This document shows positions 24,721-37,900 of a DNA stretch of 64,000 nt, piece after piece. The translations under genes and the position numbers were made by a program. The stretch spans positions 307,745 through 371,744 of the forward strand of contig NMRA01000038.1 of NCBI GenBank assembly GCA_002633005.1, given 5' to 3'. This DNA is from Phoronis australis (taxonomy: Eukaryota > Animalia > Phoronida). Every line of letters begins with the position of its first letter. The first letter of the stretch is position 1. The notes under the pieces are model-generated. The model saw only the letters and a list, made by a program, of their open reading frames with translations, ran no database searches and was not told the DNA's origin.

Positions 24721-27700
24721 CTCAACGTTGTTTATGAAAAAATCACTTATTATAACTGTAGTAATGTAGTAAATTGGCATCAGTTTAAACAACAATGCTT
24801 GGCCAATGTTTTTGCGAACATTCCCTGCAACAATGTAGATAATCGATGTTGGAAAATTACTGCTGTAATCTTTTCAGGAAACAAAAGTTCGAATAAACTT
24901 TCGTCAATGCCGTTGAAAACATCATTTCTACTGAAATCCTTTATGAGAGAACGTTTCCCTTACCGTTGCCTGTAACACATCCACATAACAGAGCAATAGA
25001 CACTTGGTATATGTTGGCTGTGACGTCCCTAATCACTAGCGGTGAGATAGCCGTTCTTACTTCCGCCATGTACTTCGTCTGTTAAAAGGTCTCAGGCGAT
25101 AGTTCGGGCCTTTTTAGCTCTTTCGAAAAACGAAGAAAGGAGGATGACAATTTGGTGGTATAAATGGGAAGTGATTGTTACGAATGGTTTTCATTAGTTC
25201 CTTGAAAATGTTTTGAGCAACTGTAGTCTGCTCTTTTCTACCCAAATACGAAAGTGCCGCCGTTTTTAGAGCACATCCTTGTTCAGTGGGAAATTTTTGA
25301 AACGAACACAGGTATCCTTCATACAAAAGGAAATTGGTAAAAACTGGTTTTCAATGACATATTTTAACTGGAACCGTGAGTGCAGGAGTATTTCCATTCC
25401 AGTCTCCTCTGAGATACCGGAGCAGTCGTGAATTTATCATTTTTGACATCTCATCTTTTCCGATGGACGTAGCAAGGTAAAAATGGCGTACCTTTATTTC
25501 ATTTCTTCATCTTTGAGTGTGCTCTCTGTGTGTCTTTGTTTATTTTTCTTAGACAGGATGTAAACAAAGCTTTATTCGTTCACCCAGACCAGCGATGATG
25601 TCGAGATCAGCTACTCGAACTGTGGGCTTTGCCCTTACTATTAGGAACCTGGGCTATACATTGGAAAAGAGTGGCGAATCCGCTGGGAATTTTACTCCGA
25701 AAATATCGCAGTAGAGAATCTGGGGTCTGTTTCGTGAAAAGTGACTTAAGACTTAAGACAAGAATTTGGTCTTGCGCTCCAAATTCGATATCTAGCTAAA
25801 TATTCAGGCGGGTAAACTCGACTCGATTCTGAATATTTAATACGGTAGAGTAAACAAACCAATTCACGTGCGTGGACGGGAGAATAAGTTCTTTTTAAAG
25901 CAATATCTGTCGGAAAACGTCGATTAGATTATCCAGTGGTTGAAGTTATGCCATTCCTAACATATTCCCACAGATTAAAAGCAAGCCTCACATTATCACA
26001 TGAAATTTTGCTATCACCGATAACCCCGATATCAGCAGCCCAGCAAAGCCGATATCCGAGGGTTAGAAGTATATTCATGAATAATTTGAAAGAATCTGTG
26101 GGCAAACAAGCCGGCAGCATCTATGTACCAATGGCATAAGTTTATTGTCCAGGGCTACTTTCGACATGTACATGTACTCAATATTTTAAGAGAAATCGGC
26201 ATTTATTGCTCGGAAAGCAATGCAAACATCGGAGAATGCAACCAAGTCTGCTGCTAAATTCAGTAGCAGCTATATGTTGCGTTACATCAGCGCCAGCTTG
26301 AGTGACGTCGCACAAGGGAGGGTTGAAGTAAGTGTTGTTGAACGTTAGGTGTACCTGGGCGTCCAACTGGGTTCTGTGAATAGATTCTGAGAAACAAAGC
26401 ACGTACGGTGCAGTTGCATCTATTCACGATTTATTGGTGATCCAATTCGCGTATACCCATCACGCTGCTACAGTCGCGAAGCCATTTAGGATACACAGTG
26501 TTATGCAAATATCAAAGTCGATGACATTTTATGACACAAATTAGAGCGCAGCTGAGCAGTTGTATTAGGTTTGTGACCGAAAGGCTTCAACTTCAGATAC
26601 AGGATACCGAACTCTATATGTAAGTGCAACGAAGCTGATAAATTCGGATGAAATACTTTTACTTTATATGATTATATCTATATTCTGAAGTCAGGGAGGC
26701 ACTTAATATCTAGTTTGAAAAGCATTAGCTAGCCGGAGTTTCTTCAACAATCTGGTCTCAATCCATTGCCATCATACAAATGAATTTCTATCACCAAAAT
26801 AAAAGAGACAACCTGCAATCTATCTGAAGCGGACCAGTTTTGGAAGCGGTTAATCCACTTCGTAAAAATTAATGATTTTCAGCAGTATTTTTCGTGTCAA
26901 TGTCCTGGATGATATTGTTGGGTGGTTTGTAAATACGTATTTACAGACGTGTCACGTGTCTTTCCTTTCACGACATGAAAAGGTTTTAAACATGTATGTT
27001 TAGATAATCAATTATTTTCTGGAAAACATTGCACAAAATGTAGTCTTTTGACTAATAAAGCGGACCATACACGGTTAAATGTGTTTAACTTTTTTGGGCG
27101 ATATTGAGCAGACAATCTAAAAGTTGTGATGTCCTTTTGCGCGAAAACACCCAAAGTGCATTTTTGTTCCACTTCCATTTTCTACTGCACAATGGGCGTG
27201 CGTTCAGTAACGCTAGGACTTACGCTAGGATCTAGCTAAAATCTAGACAAAGTCACGTGTTCTCATTTAAAATACACGGCAATATCTCACGTAATCTCTC
27301 AAAGTCTTGCTTTTTAGAGAAGTCCTAGCGTTACTGAACGGGAGGTGGGAGTTTGCCTGATGTTTATTGGACCTCGTCCTGGTTGTCCGCCTGCAGAGCT
27401 CTATGCTGTATACCAGGTTATTCAGAGTCGAAAGAATGGGTCTTGACTGAGGTGTTTTCGATAAATATTTTTGCGTGAAACATTTGCGCACGTGTGGCCC
27501 TCCATTAATAATCTGTGAAAACATGACATTTTATTTGACGTCGGAAAAAGCACTTCGTCATAGCGCCATCCGAGGAGGATAAAAATTTGCTTAAGAACAA
27601 AACTTGCTTTAGAACCTTCCGTCACATCGAGATGTGAAAAGTAAGGATTGATTGGATCAAAAATAAATAAGATATCGCGTGTGAGCGTCTTTTTTCCTAT

Positions 27701-28172
27701 TCATAGCCACACTAGTATGGCGTCGACAGACTCAGCGGTAAGTGAAGACATGAAGCAACATATATGCTTCACCGGAGACCCCATACCGCGAGTGGATGGT
27801 ACAAGGCTCCATTTATTGGTAAACACATTTGGGCTGTTGGGCAAACTAAATATTGCGCTGATGATTGAGCGTGGATGGTATACTTTAAGCTGTCAAGGAT
27901 ACTGAAATCGATCCTTATGAACAAGTTTGAGCGTGTATGGGCCGCTTTGCGATACTGTTCAGGAAGAATCGGGTGATCTTTAGACTGTATTTTTCGTAAA
28001 AAGGAGCTCTGTTTAACGCACACCCGACTGGCCTACGTGCCTGCTTTAGTTTGCTGCATTCCGAAAAGCGTGTTGCGAACTCGTATTTTACGTCATCAGT
28101 AATGCTGTTTTCAATTAGCTTCAATTCATCATTTCAGCAACATTGCAACGAGCATCGCCTTAAGTCCTTAAG

Positions 28173-31100
28173 ATGTCCAGTCAATCAACACAAGTACATC
28201 AAAACGATCTCCCTAAAAATAAAGCTGACAAGAAACCCAATGCCAAAACTGCCTCCCCGTCGAATGTCAACGATACAAACAACAATACCAATAGCGACCA
28301 CTTCTTTATTGTGAAGGAGACGGTTGTTCCTCTCTCCGGATACAGAGATACTGCAACGCATGGTAAACAAGCGCCACCACAGAGTGGACAGAAAAACCAA
28401 CAGAAGCCTCAAGTAAGTTCTAAGTCTGGAGGACACAACCCACATGCTCATGCGCCTGCGGAAATGAGCCGGACTGCTCCTACACAGTCTCAGTCTAATG
28501 TCTATCCTTCATTACCAACCCAGCAGCATCCAGCCCAGCAGAATGACACGTCTACGTCATATGCTCATGGTTTTCCACAGACAGCTGCGCCATATCCACC
28601 ATCACAGCCTCAAGTCGCTCCTCAAACTCTTCCCTATCCGCCACCACAGCCACAGTGTGGTCTTCCTCAGCCTCAACCTCAGATCGTCCTCACTGCTGCT
28701 GCGCCACCCTTGGTTCCTCCGCCACCACCTCTACCAATGCCTCAACCGGAAGTCCCTCAATCTCAACTGGTGACGTCAGGGGCTGGTTCAGGAGCATCGA
28801 CGGTTTTGCCACCATTGAGCTATCAGTCGCACCCGGCGGCATCCGATGGTCTTGTGAATAAGGCCAGCAGTGGATCAAATCTCCTCCAGCAAACAGGTGG
28901 CGCTTTTAACACCACTCAAGGAACGTCGTTTCCTAATTCAGCTTACCCAATGGTGCCCTTAGTGATAAACCAGGTAAGAGTTATTATCTTGTAAACTAGC
29001 AAGTGGCCTGGGCCCGTAACTACAACACTCTAGTCAACGCTTGTTTCCGAAACTGGCCTATCATATGGCGTAAAATGTGATAGTGTGCTCGGGAGCCATG
29101 CGATTGGTCAATTTTCAGTTGATTTCAAAGAAGATTGAGAATGTTCATTCAAAATGACCAATTTAGATTATTTCATTACGTAGTTAAATGCGAAAATCGA
29201 ATTGTATTATATCGGTAAAATAAATAATCTTTACTGTTATAGGATCAATTTCATGTCACAGCAGTGCGTACATGTGCCATTTTATAATTTACAATTTTAT
29301 TGCCAACCCCAATAAACTCTGAAGCGTTTTTATTATTGAATTGCCTATGGTTTCAATATTTTCTTGGTAACGGAAATGGAACCTTATCACGTTAAGGCAT
29401 ATTCCGCAGGCCGATTTTATGAAAACAAAGGCCTAATGGGCGAAATGCAGCTTTAAGAAAGGTTTGGCGCCTTTGAAGAACTGTCAACTTGCCTAGGAAC
29501 CTGATTTTGTTACAAAAATCATATAAAGTATTTACTGAAAACGTTGAAGGTTCTTACGTGTGAAAGAAAAAACATCAAAATATCTCACACTAATCCCTGC
29601 AATTTTTTGTTCGTGATCAATTTTCAAGACGTTCTTGAACAAAGTAAAGGAAGTCAAATTGTCATGTACAGTACAAAAAAGTGCATAACTAACAGCAATT
29701 TTGAAAAAAAAACAATAACTTTGTTAAATGTTGATTTTCAGCATTTATAAATTCGTTACAAAAAACAGATTTTAGTTTGGAACACTTACCGCTATGAAAT
29801 TGGTCTCAATTTTTCTTTGTCAAAATATATGGATTATCTAGGCTCAGAAACTTGACATTTAGTTATTGCTTGAGACCAGATTCTATAAGAAAAAATTGTT
29901 ATTCTAACTACGCAGCGTGATGTCTAGCAAAAAGGAACTTTTAGCTCTTAACGAGATCAAAAATCACTTCTCATGTGAGTAAGACCAAGATGAGACCAAC
30001 AATACTACGTTGTCAAAAGTTAATTTCTTCGAAGGAACGAGTGTTCACTGCCCCTTTATTGCGATGGAACGCATGAATGTCAGTGACAATTTAAAAGGAT
30101 ACCAAACTCTGTTTTGTCCTATTAACAGATATTAAAAGCAACATTACCATCCAGTTCATTGAAACAAACCCTCAAAACTTTGGAGCAAAATTTGTGAACT
30201 CCTTACAAAGTCTGCTAAACGAGCAAGCGTGGCCTACGCTTTAGGGGTGTAACAAAACAACTGTAGGGAAGACCACCCACCAAGAACCATAATAACCTAT
30301 TTGTGGCTCGGAGACTATGGATTTTTTCTTGTATTCTACTTTTATCAATTATGTGTGACGTCAGTGATGCATCAACAGGTGGCAAAACGAACCCTTGATT
30401 GAAATCGTCTGAACAGGGTTTAGTATCCTTTTAAGGAAAGGAGAAAGGACTACTTGGAAGGTGGGATATGACACTTCAAATCCCCGGGTCAATGCTTATT
30501 AATTCATAATATAATCACCTGACATTAATGATGATACCAAATGTTTCCGGTAAGCAGGACTTAACTAAAGTGACAGAACGGGACACTTTCGGAGAGCAAA
30601 GGAGGCTGATCACGTGGGAACGGTGATTCTTATCGCTACCCAGCTGTGTCAGGGTGTACCTCTGTCGTAGGCCAAGTGCGACATAACTCCGATTTATCAC
30701 TGTAATAATTCGCGATTTATTCCAGAAGCCAGGAATAATTACTTTGATAAATATTTATTACTGTAATTAATATTTATTTCAGTAATTATTCCTGGCATGT
30801 GATTGGTTGATTTATTCCAGAAATAAATATTATTTATTTCTGGAATAAATATTAATTACAATAATAAATATTTATTAATGTAATTATTCCTGGCTTCTGA
30901 TTTGCTAAAGATTTATTAATGGAATAAACTGCGAATTATTACTGTAATAAATAGGACTTATGTCGCATTTGGCATGCGATATACCTCTTCTTTGCAGCTG
31001 GTGGTATAGGGGAAATTTTTCTTTCGTAAGAAGAAGCTGATCATTTTTCAGTTAATATGATACGTCATGTGACTAGACGTAACAAATGTTGTTAGCTTTC

Positions 31101-34100
31101 ATCATCGAAATCTAGAGGCCGCTGGTGTCCGTCTCACGTGATTAATCGCCACTTTCTTAATTTAGTTCTCCATCGAATTTTGATGTTTTAGCAACCTCAA
31201 GCTCAGGCACCCAATATCATTATTTCTAATAACGCCAACACTAACGCCAACGGCGGTGGAAACGGAAAGTCGGCAAAAGTTCAATGGAGTTCTAGCTTGT
31301 GTAGCTGCTGTCTGGATTTGTCTTCATGTAAGCATATTCGCGCATTGTCTAAATAATGTTCAGTCTCATTGCCCTATTACCGTGCTTGCTTGTGTGCTTG
31401 CATGTCCTGTATGCCTGTTTGGGTAAGGATAATATTAGACCTTTTCTTGTTGTAGCTATGTCTACATATAGTCATCTTCGTGACAGCGGTACCCGCGTTA
31501 TATTTACTGTTTAGTAAAAACTGACAACACATGCAATGTCTGTGCAGCATTAAACATTTCTTCGTTTTCATTATTTGTGTTACGATACTATATTGGATTT
31601 TTTGAACATTTTTTTTATGAATATGTTCGTTCATGTGTGGAACCCTCAGTTCCTTGATAAGACAAGTTAGTAAGTACTCCAAATTGCACACAGTTATCTT
31701 AGAGATCTAGTGCAGTTCGACTGTTCCACCGATCAGGATACTCCACCGCGGAGTCATTCTACTTCAGTTTGAATTTAGCTTAAACAACACGCACGAGATG
31801 GCGCTGCGTGGGGCTTTGAATTCTACATTAGGAAATGTCGGACCATTGCTATTTGTAAAACATGAGGCTCTATTAATTATTTGATTTTTTAAATAGAAAT
31901 GTGTAGGTTGTCAAATTTAAGATTACGTAGGACCCTATGAAAATGGAAAACTTCGGAACACCATATCTCTGAAACGGCTGATTGGATTCATATGAAAATT
32001 TTCCGATACAATGCTTTATGCACTATCCTCAAAAATCTTTTTAGGACTTGTTTTAACAATGTTCCACGTTTGCGTGAGGAGCTATCAAAAAAGTAATTTT
32101 GTGATTTTCATGAAAAGTTTATAAAGTTGGTAAAATGAAATCGAAGTAATATTTTAGAAAACTGTAACAGCGTCTTTGATACCTCACCTTGAACACTTGT
32201 ATCAAATATAATTTGATGGTGTCATTGATACCGTTGTTTTGCTATCGATGTCAGTTTGCTGAATTTTACTGAAAAATAACATGACCTTAAACTAAGAAGC
32301 TGAACTGAGGAAAATTGCATCGACATTTATTAATTACATTGACGTGCACATTTACAGGTTGTCTTGGTCTGTTCTGCCCAATGTGTTATCTATGCTATGT
32401 CACTGAAAAGTTGGACGAATCTTGCTTCATTCATTGTTTTGTACCGGGCTCCGCCATCGCCTTGAGGACGAAATTCCGCGCGGAGAAAGGAATAGGGGTA
32501 CGTTTNGCAGTGATCACGACACTAAATTTCATTACCAGTTCATGATAAGTCTCCCGAGAAACATGTGGCTTTACTTGGACCTCCCTCCCTTTTCTTAAAA
32601 GCTGAATCCGTCATTGGAGTTCAATCTTTTGCAGAGGAAGACGCTCAGTATTTACATGTGTGCGCTATTTTTGTCAGGCTCAAGGAGCAGAGCCCAGTTG
32701 CAATACGGGGTTCTATTGTCTCTCCTCTAGTAACTTGAAATAACAGGAAATCACAAGCTAAATAGAACAAGAGCCACACAAAGCGTTGATATGACATGCA
32801 GAACAGGTACAAAGGATTATCATTATTTTAAACATTCCCTCAAGAGGGAGCAATACTGAGAAACTTGCAATAGCCGCCAGTCACCAAAAAGGGATTCCAA
32901 GATCATCGATCAATCAGTTTGGCGGAAGCTAAATTGGACGTAGAAATCTGTAACTGCCACTACTTGTCCAAAATTTAGAGGAGTTATCAACATGATTTCT
33001 AAATTCAAAAAGATATCGTAAACGTTTTGGCAGAAGTTTGCCCAAAATTGCGTTGGTCACCGTGATTAGGGGACACGGCACAATATAGGTTTGTCCAAAC
33101 ATAAAGCTAAGTTTCATATTAGAGAGGTGGGTCTCAAAAAACAAATTGCCATAAGGGGGCACTGCAGTTACCTGGTGTGACTGAAATTAAGTGTCGCTCA
33201 ATTGTGGATATGAGTATACGTCAGTGGCAAAAGTGTCTTTCCATTCTGATAGGAACATGTTTGCAAAATCTCACGAACATCCATCAAGGGTCGGTTCTGG
33301 ATTTACAGTAGTTAACGACGGACAGACCTATAGAGAGGAAGCATGGTCCTTGGGGACCCAATCTAGACATCATGGCCATGCGCGTCACTTCACCACAAAT
33401 AAACCGTAGTACTTCCTGGTTTTTCAAACTGTGCTTGTATTTGCGTATACCAGTAAATGACATCATTGTTCAAATAGGTGCGAGGCTGCAATTTCAACTG
33501 TGACTGGAATTCCGCTGCAGTGTATTAGTCTTAAGTAAATTTATCTAGGACCTTAATAAAAGACCTCAACTTTAAGTCAAATATCGAAAAGCTATGCCAT
33601 GTTAATCACTAAAAGTATATATTTTCTGAAAAGAGAAAGATTGGGGATTCTAAAAGTATGGTTCTTACAACTGCGTCTTTATTATTGTCACGTGACTGCA
33701 TTTTTAAGTCAAAAAGGTACTTTAATAACAAAATAACCCCCAGCCGATTTTACTAAAACTTTTTTAAATTAAAACTTAACGTTATGTCTCAAAAACGCTG
33801 ACAATTTTTTATTATTTGCTTAGTTCGGGTTTTATGCCAAATTAACTCGCAAAACGTAATGCATTATTTGTAAAAAAGCGGTCTTATTCTTATATCCCTC
33901 TGTACGCAAAAAACTAAGCATTTTAAAGCAAAATCCTAATAGTATTTTCGAGACATAACGTAATTTTTCATTTAAGAAAAGTTTTAGTAAAATCGGTTGG
34001 AGGTTATTGCACTATGAATGTACCTTCCTTGCACATGAAAATTTGACTTAAAAAGCGCGATCACGTGACAATAATAGACAAAGTAATATGAAGCAAATTT

Positions 34101-34969
34101 TAGAATCCTCTATCTTTCTTCTTGCATAAAACATACACTTTTAATGGTTGACTAAGCAGTTTTTTCGATATTGATTTAGTTGACGTTAATTAAGGTTCTA
34201 GATAATTGAAACATTTGAGGACTAATGAACTGACATTCATGTTTATTGCCAGCATTGAAACAACATGTAGTTCTACAATTATCTCAAGAGTCTACGGACA
34301 TCTAGTTTGTTATGTTGCCAACTGTAGTGCAAGGTATCCCCAAAAATGCCACCCATAAAAATATCATTAAAATCTGCAATTTCTTTTGCAGTGCAGCCCA
34401 ACTTTTGAACATTTCAACCTTGGCCTTGCTATAACTCTTAAAACAGACCCTCCTTTGGTATTGCCATGATAATAGCTTTGAAAACATGTTATTCTTGTCC
34501 TAAAGATAACCTGTCCTCCGATAAAAAATTGGTAGGTACAAGTCCGGGGTTTGTGAAGCCCACACTGGTAAGGCGATCCTGAAACCATTACTGTAGTCAT
34601 TTCAGAGAGTCACTTGAAGTGTGGGGAATTGTTCCATCCTGCTGAAACTTCTGTTCGAATAAGGAACCTTCTTCGTTGGCCGAGTGATGTCCGAAACGTC
34701 CGAAAAACACCGATGTAACGATCACATTGTTCACTGTGATTGCACGAAAAAGCAAAGCGACAGCTTGGTTAGTGAAAACGTTATTAACATTTTGATGGGA
34801 GGCATTTTTGGGGTCGCCCTGCCCATTAGTAAGCAAGCAGGTACATGTAGACCACGTCATAACGTTGAAACTTGTTCCCGTTTTTCAGGGTTCCATCTTT
34901 GAAGACTGCCTAGCAATGACGTTTTGCTTTCCATGTGGTCTGTGTCAGATCGCAAGGGAGATGGACTGA
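28173..34969 (+). CDS. PLAC8/cornifelin-family Cys-rich protein with a long Pro/Gln-rich N-terminus (385 aa)
   Basis: Exons 28173-28973, 31192-31327, 32358-32497 and 34889-34969; all introns GT-AG, phases 0/1/0. C-terminal domain QWSSSLCSCCLDLSSCCLGLFCPMCYLC...ALRTKFRAEKGIGGSIFEDCLAMTFCFPCGLCQIAREMD carries the PLAC8 CxxxxCPC-like and CQxxRE motifs. AATAAA at 35290-35295. Confidence 0.93.
30110..30480 (+). repeat. Dispersed ~370-bp repeat (segments A and B), with homologues at 62080-62812
   Basis: Shares TAACAGATA..CCATCCAGTTC..CTCCTTACAA..TGCTAAA..GCAAGCGTG.CCTACGCTTT..CCACCCACCAAG.ACCATAAT and TGACG.CA.TGATGCA..GAAATC with the 62-kb copies. Confidence 0.8.
30665..30980. mobile_element. AT-rich foldback element in intron 1 of the PLAC8-like gene
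   Basis: TCGTAGGCCAAGTGCGACATAACTCCGATTTATCACTGTAATAATTCGC matches the reverse complement of GCGAATTATTACTGTAATAAATAGGACTTATGTCGCATTTGGCATGCGA. An internal palindrome ATTTATTCCAGAAATAAAT..ATTTATTTCTGGAATAAAT is also present. Confidence 0.85.
33541..34205. mobile_element. MITE/foldback with ~260-bp degenerate inverted arms
   Basis: TTATCTAGGACCTTAAT vs ATTAAGGTTCTAGATAA; TATTATTGTCACGTGA vs TCACGTGACAATAATA; CCGATTTTACTAAAACTTTT vs AAAAGTTTTAGTAAAATCGG. Confidence 0.8.
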
Positions 34970-37900
34970 TTGTTTCACCTTCATTTACACCCACACCAGT
35001 AGTAATATAGATTTTCTTAGAAATTAAAAATTTAACCACCTTCGCAGCAGGATCTAAGGAATTCTTTCATTCATAAAAATTGGCACCTTGAAAATACGTT
35101 TAATCAATTGTCTTAGTACTCCAGTAAAGTAATTGTTAAATAGTTATTTTTGATATTTGTTATTTATTTAAAGGTTTTATTTGTAACATGTTTTTCATGA
35201 GGTTGCACTGACCATGTTTGTTGTTCAGTTGAGTTTTGTTGTCTTTGAGTCACATCGGTGTATTCTTGTTGTTAATTACAATTATGGCAAATAAAATTGA
35301 AAAGGTTTGCGAACGTCATTGATGCAAGTAGCCCCGTCAATAGGTCTTGAAAGTAACTAATGCTTTGTTTGGGCAATCAACCACTTTCATTGGCTCTTTT
35401 AAGAGCTGTGCATGCTACTCTGACCAATGTTGCTTGTTGTTGGATTTAAATCAAACGAATTGTTCATATCTAAGCATGTAGTTTCTGTTTTCGTCTATTC
35501 AAATATCACGAAGCTCTATTTTCACGGGTTGAAATGTAGACGATTTTTATGCGGAGAAGACTAGAATCTATTTGCATCAAGTCATGTACTAAAAGCGGGA
35601 GTGAACGCATGCTTTCTGTCAAATCACGTTTTGGTTTTGACTACTTACCGTAGTAAAATATATCTTAATCTTGTTCCTTACTCAGTTTAAAATTGATCTC
35701 TAGTCTCGTTATGTCTTCACAGGAAGCTTAGTTCAAACTTTCAAGTCACAGCGTGACCTAAACTTTCATGATCTTGATCTGAAGAATTAACGGATATCAG
35801 TTATTTCGAAACCACGTTATCAGCTATAGAACCAATGAACGGATTTCAATCAAACTTTGCATTGAGGCATACGATGACCGTGCGCCCACACCATTTGAAT
35901 TTCCGGCGGAGTTTACTACTGCAGTGCCACCTAGTGGTCATTTTGTTCTCTACAAAGGGATTTTCAAGTGTTGTTTGAGGGAAGAGCATTTCCGGATGAT
36001 TTCTAAAGAACTGAAACTTGACTAAGAGATATATTATGACAGTGCTCTGGTTACTTTTGATTTTATGGCTGATTCTACTAGGGCAACACCTCTTGGTGGA
36101 CATAGAAACATATCATTTGTGATACACCGTGGGCGCATGTCAACTCGATGATCTATCAACAATCGCCTTCATTGTCTGAAATAAAAGATAAGAAAAAAAT
36201 TTTGAAATTGATTATATTGCACGAAGGGATAGAAATGTCTTTCTAATTTGATTTACTGCGCCAACAAAAGGTAACCCGCGTCCGGTTGCATGAAACTATC
36301 CCAATATTTGTTTTTCTTTACTCACAGATGTTATCTTTTCTATTATGTTATCTTTATTATGAGCTCATCGTTTTTGTCTAATGACTTATTGTATTCATGT
36401 AGCTAAAAACTGAGCCTTTCAACGAAAATAAATAGGGACTTAGTACTTGAATTAGGGCAGTTGCAGGAAAATATCCCTATCTCCTTTCAATAATATTGAG
36501 ATTTCAAAGTAGATTTCACTCTCAATTTTTATCAGAGTCAATTTTGATTTAGTAGTAAAACAAAAACTAAAAAAGCATAAGAAAAGGAAACCAGTGTTTT
36601 CACAAGTCCACAACTACGCAGATTTACGGAGCTTGGTCGAGTGCCTGTTTGGGACCGATTCACCCGATTTCGCAAGTTGGACCCCGTTTGGAGCACTTCG
36701 GGTATTAAGGTTCAGATTACCTCAAGTATTTTCATGAACTAAAGTTCTTATTGGAGCTGCTCGTTTTCTGCGTTTGCGTGAACTAAAATCACACGGCCAA
36801 TCATTCTTCAGTTTGAGTGTCATATAGCTTCCCATATGACTTAAGTAGTCCTACGCGTCGCCAATACCTATAAATAGAGTGCAATTGTCTAACCATTCCT
36901 CGACTCTTGATTGGTCGCAACACTCTCAGCCTTGTGATTGGTTGGTTATCCTTCAAGAAAAAGTTTCGTTATTTTCAGTGTTAACTGAAAGTGATTTCGT
37001 ACTGAAGTAAATCGACACTACATCCTGAATATGACCAATGATTTTCATACAACCGTCTAATTTTATTAAAACGGACAGTTTTCTCCATCATTAACTCGCT
37101 TTCAAGACTGAACAAAGATTTTCGCTTAAGTTTTTTGCTTTGACCAAGAGGGGAATGTTGCGTTACAGTGTGATGCGCCATCTCTTGTTCCCGGTACGTT
37201 ATCTGTTGGGTGGTCGCAAGTGTGCGCCTGGAAAATTAGCTTCTTACTGCATGAATATCCTGTATCCACGCATTGAAAAAGCTAGAGCCAGTTTTGAGCC
37301 ATCTGGAACACCTCTGATATTTCCTGCGCATGCGCGTACTTAGTAATTACAGTTGGTCACGTGACTCTGCAATTAGAGATTGGTTGGCATGACTGAAGTT
37401 CGCTCCTGTGCAGCTAACGTTCACATCCCAGGAGAAATTTGAGTATCAAAATACCTGAGCTATCCGAATAGTCTTGGGGCTATGAGATGGACCACAGAAA
37501 ACGAAAAAAGTATTGGCTTAGGGAATAATCCCGAGACATTTCAATGGAAATTAAGAATTAGCTACCTCTGCGCATGGCAGTAATAAAAGATAAACATCAA
37601 TATGATGTCCGAAAATAGATATTTACATGATGGAGATTTTGCCTACATAGGTGTCTGTCGGCTTTAGAGGGGAGTCAAAAGAGTCATGTCTCTAAAATTC
37701 TTCGAAGTACGGTAAATTAGTGCTAACAACTGAGATTTAGAAATTCTTTGTATGACTTCTCATTGAGTTCCTAATGTCTATGAACGGATCAAGATTTTTG
37801 GACAGTTAAATTGCGTAATCCGAAGCCGTTGTGCAGCAATTAATGTTGCATAACGGTAGCATCAAATCACAAGACTTTGAAGAGAACACACACATTTCGA

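Noticed and set aside
22016-24795. Short alternative-frame and antisense ORFs within the 1182-aa ORF
   Set aside because: Expected shadow ORFs of a long coding exon.
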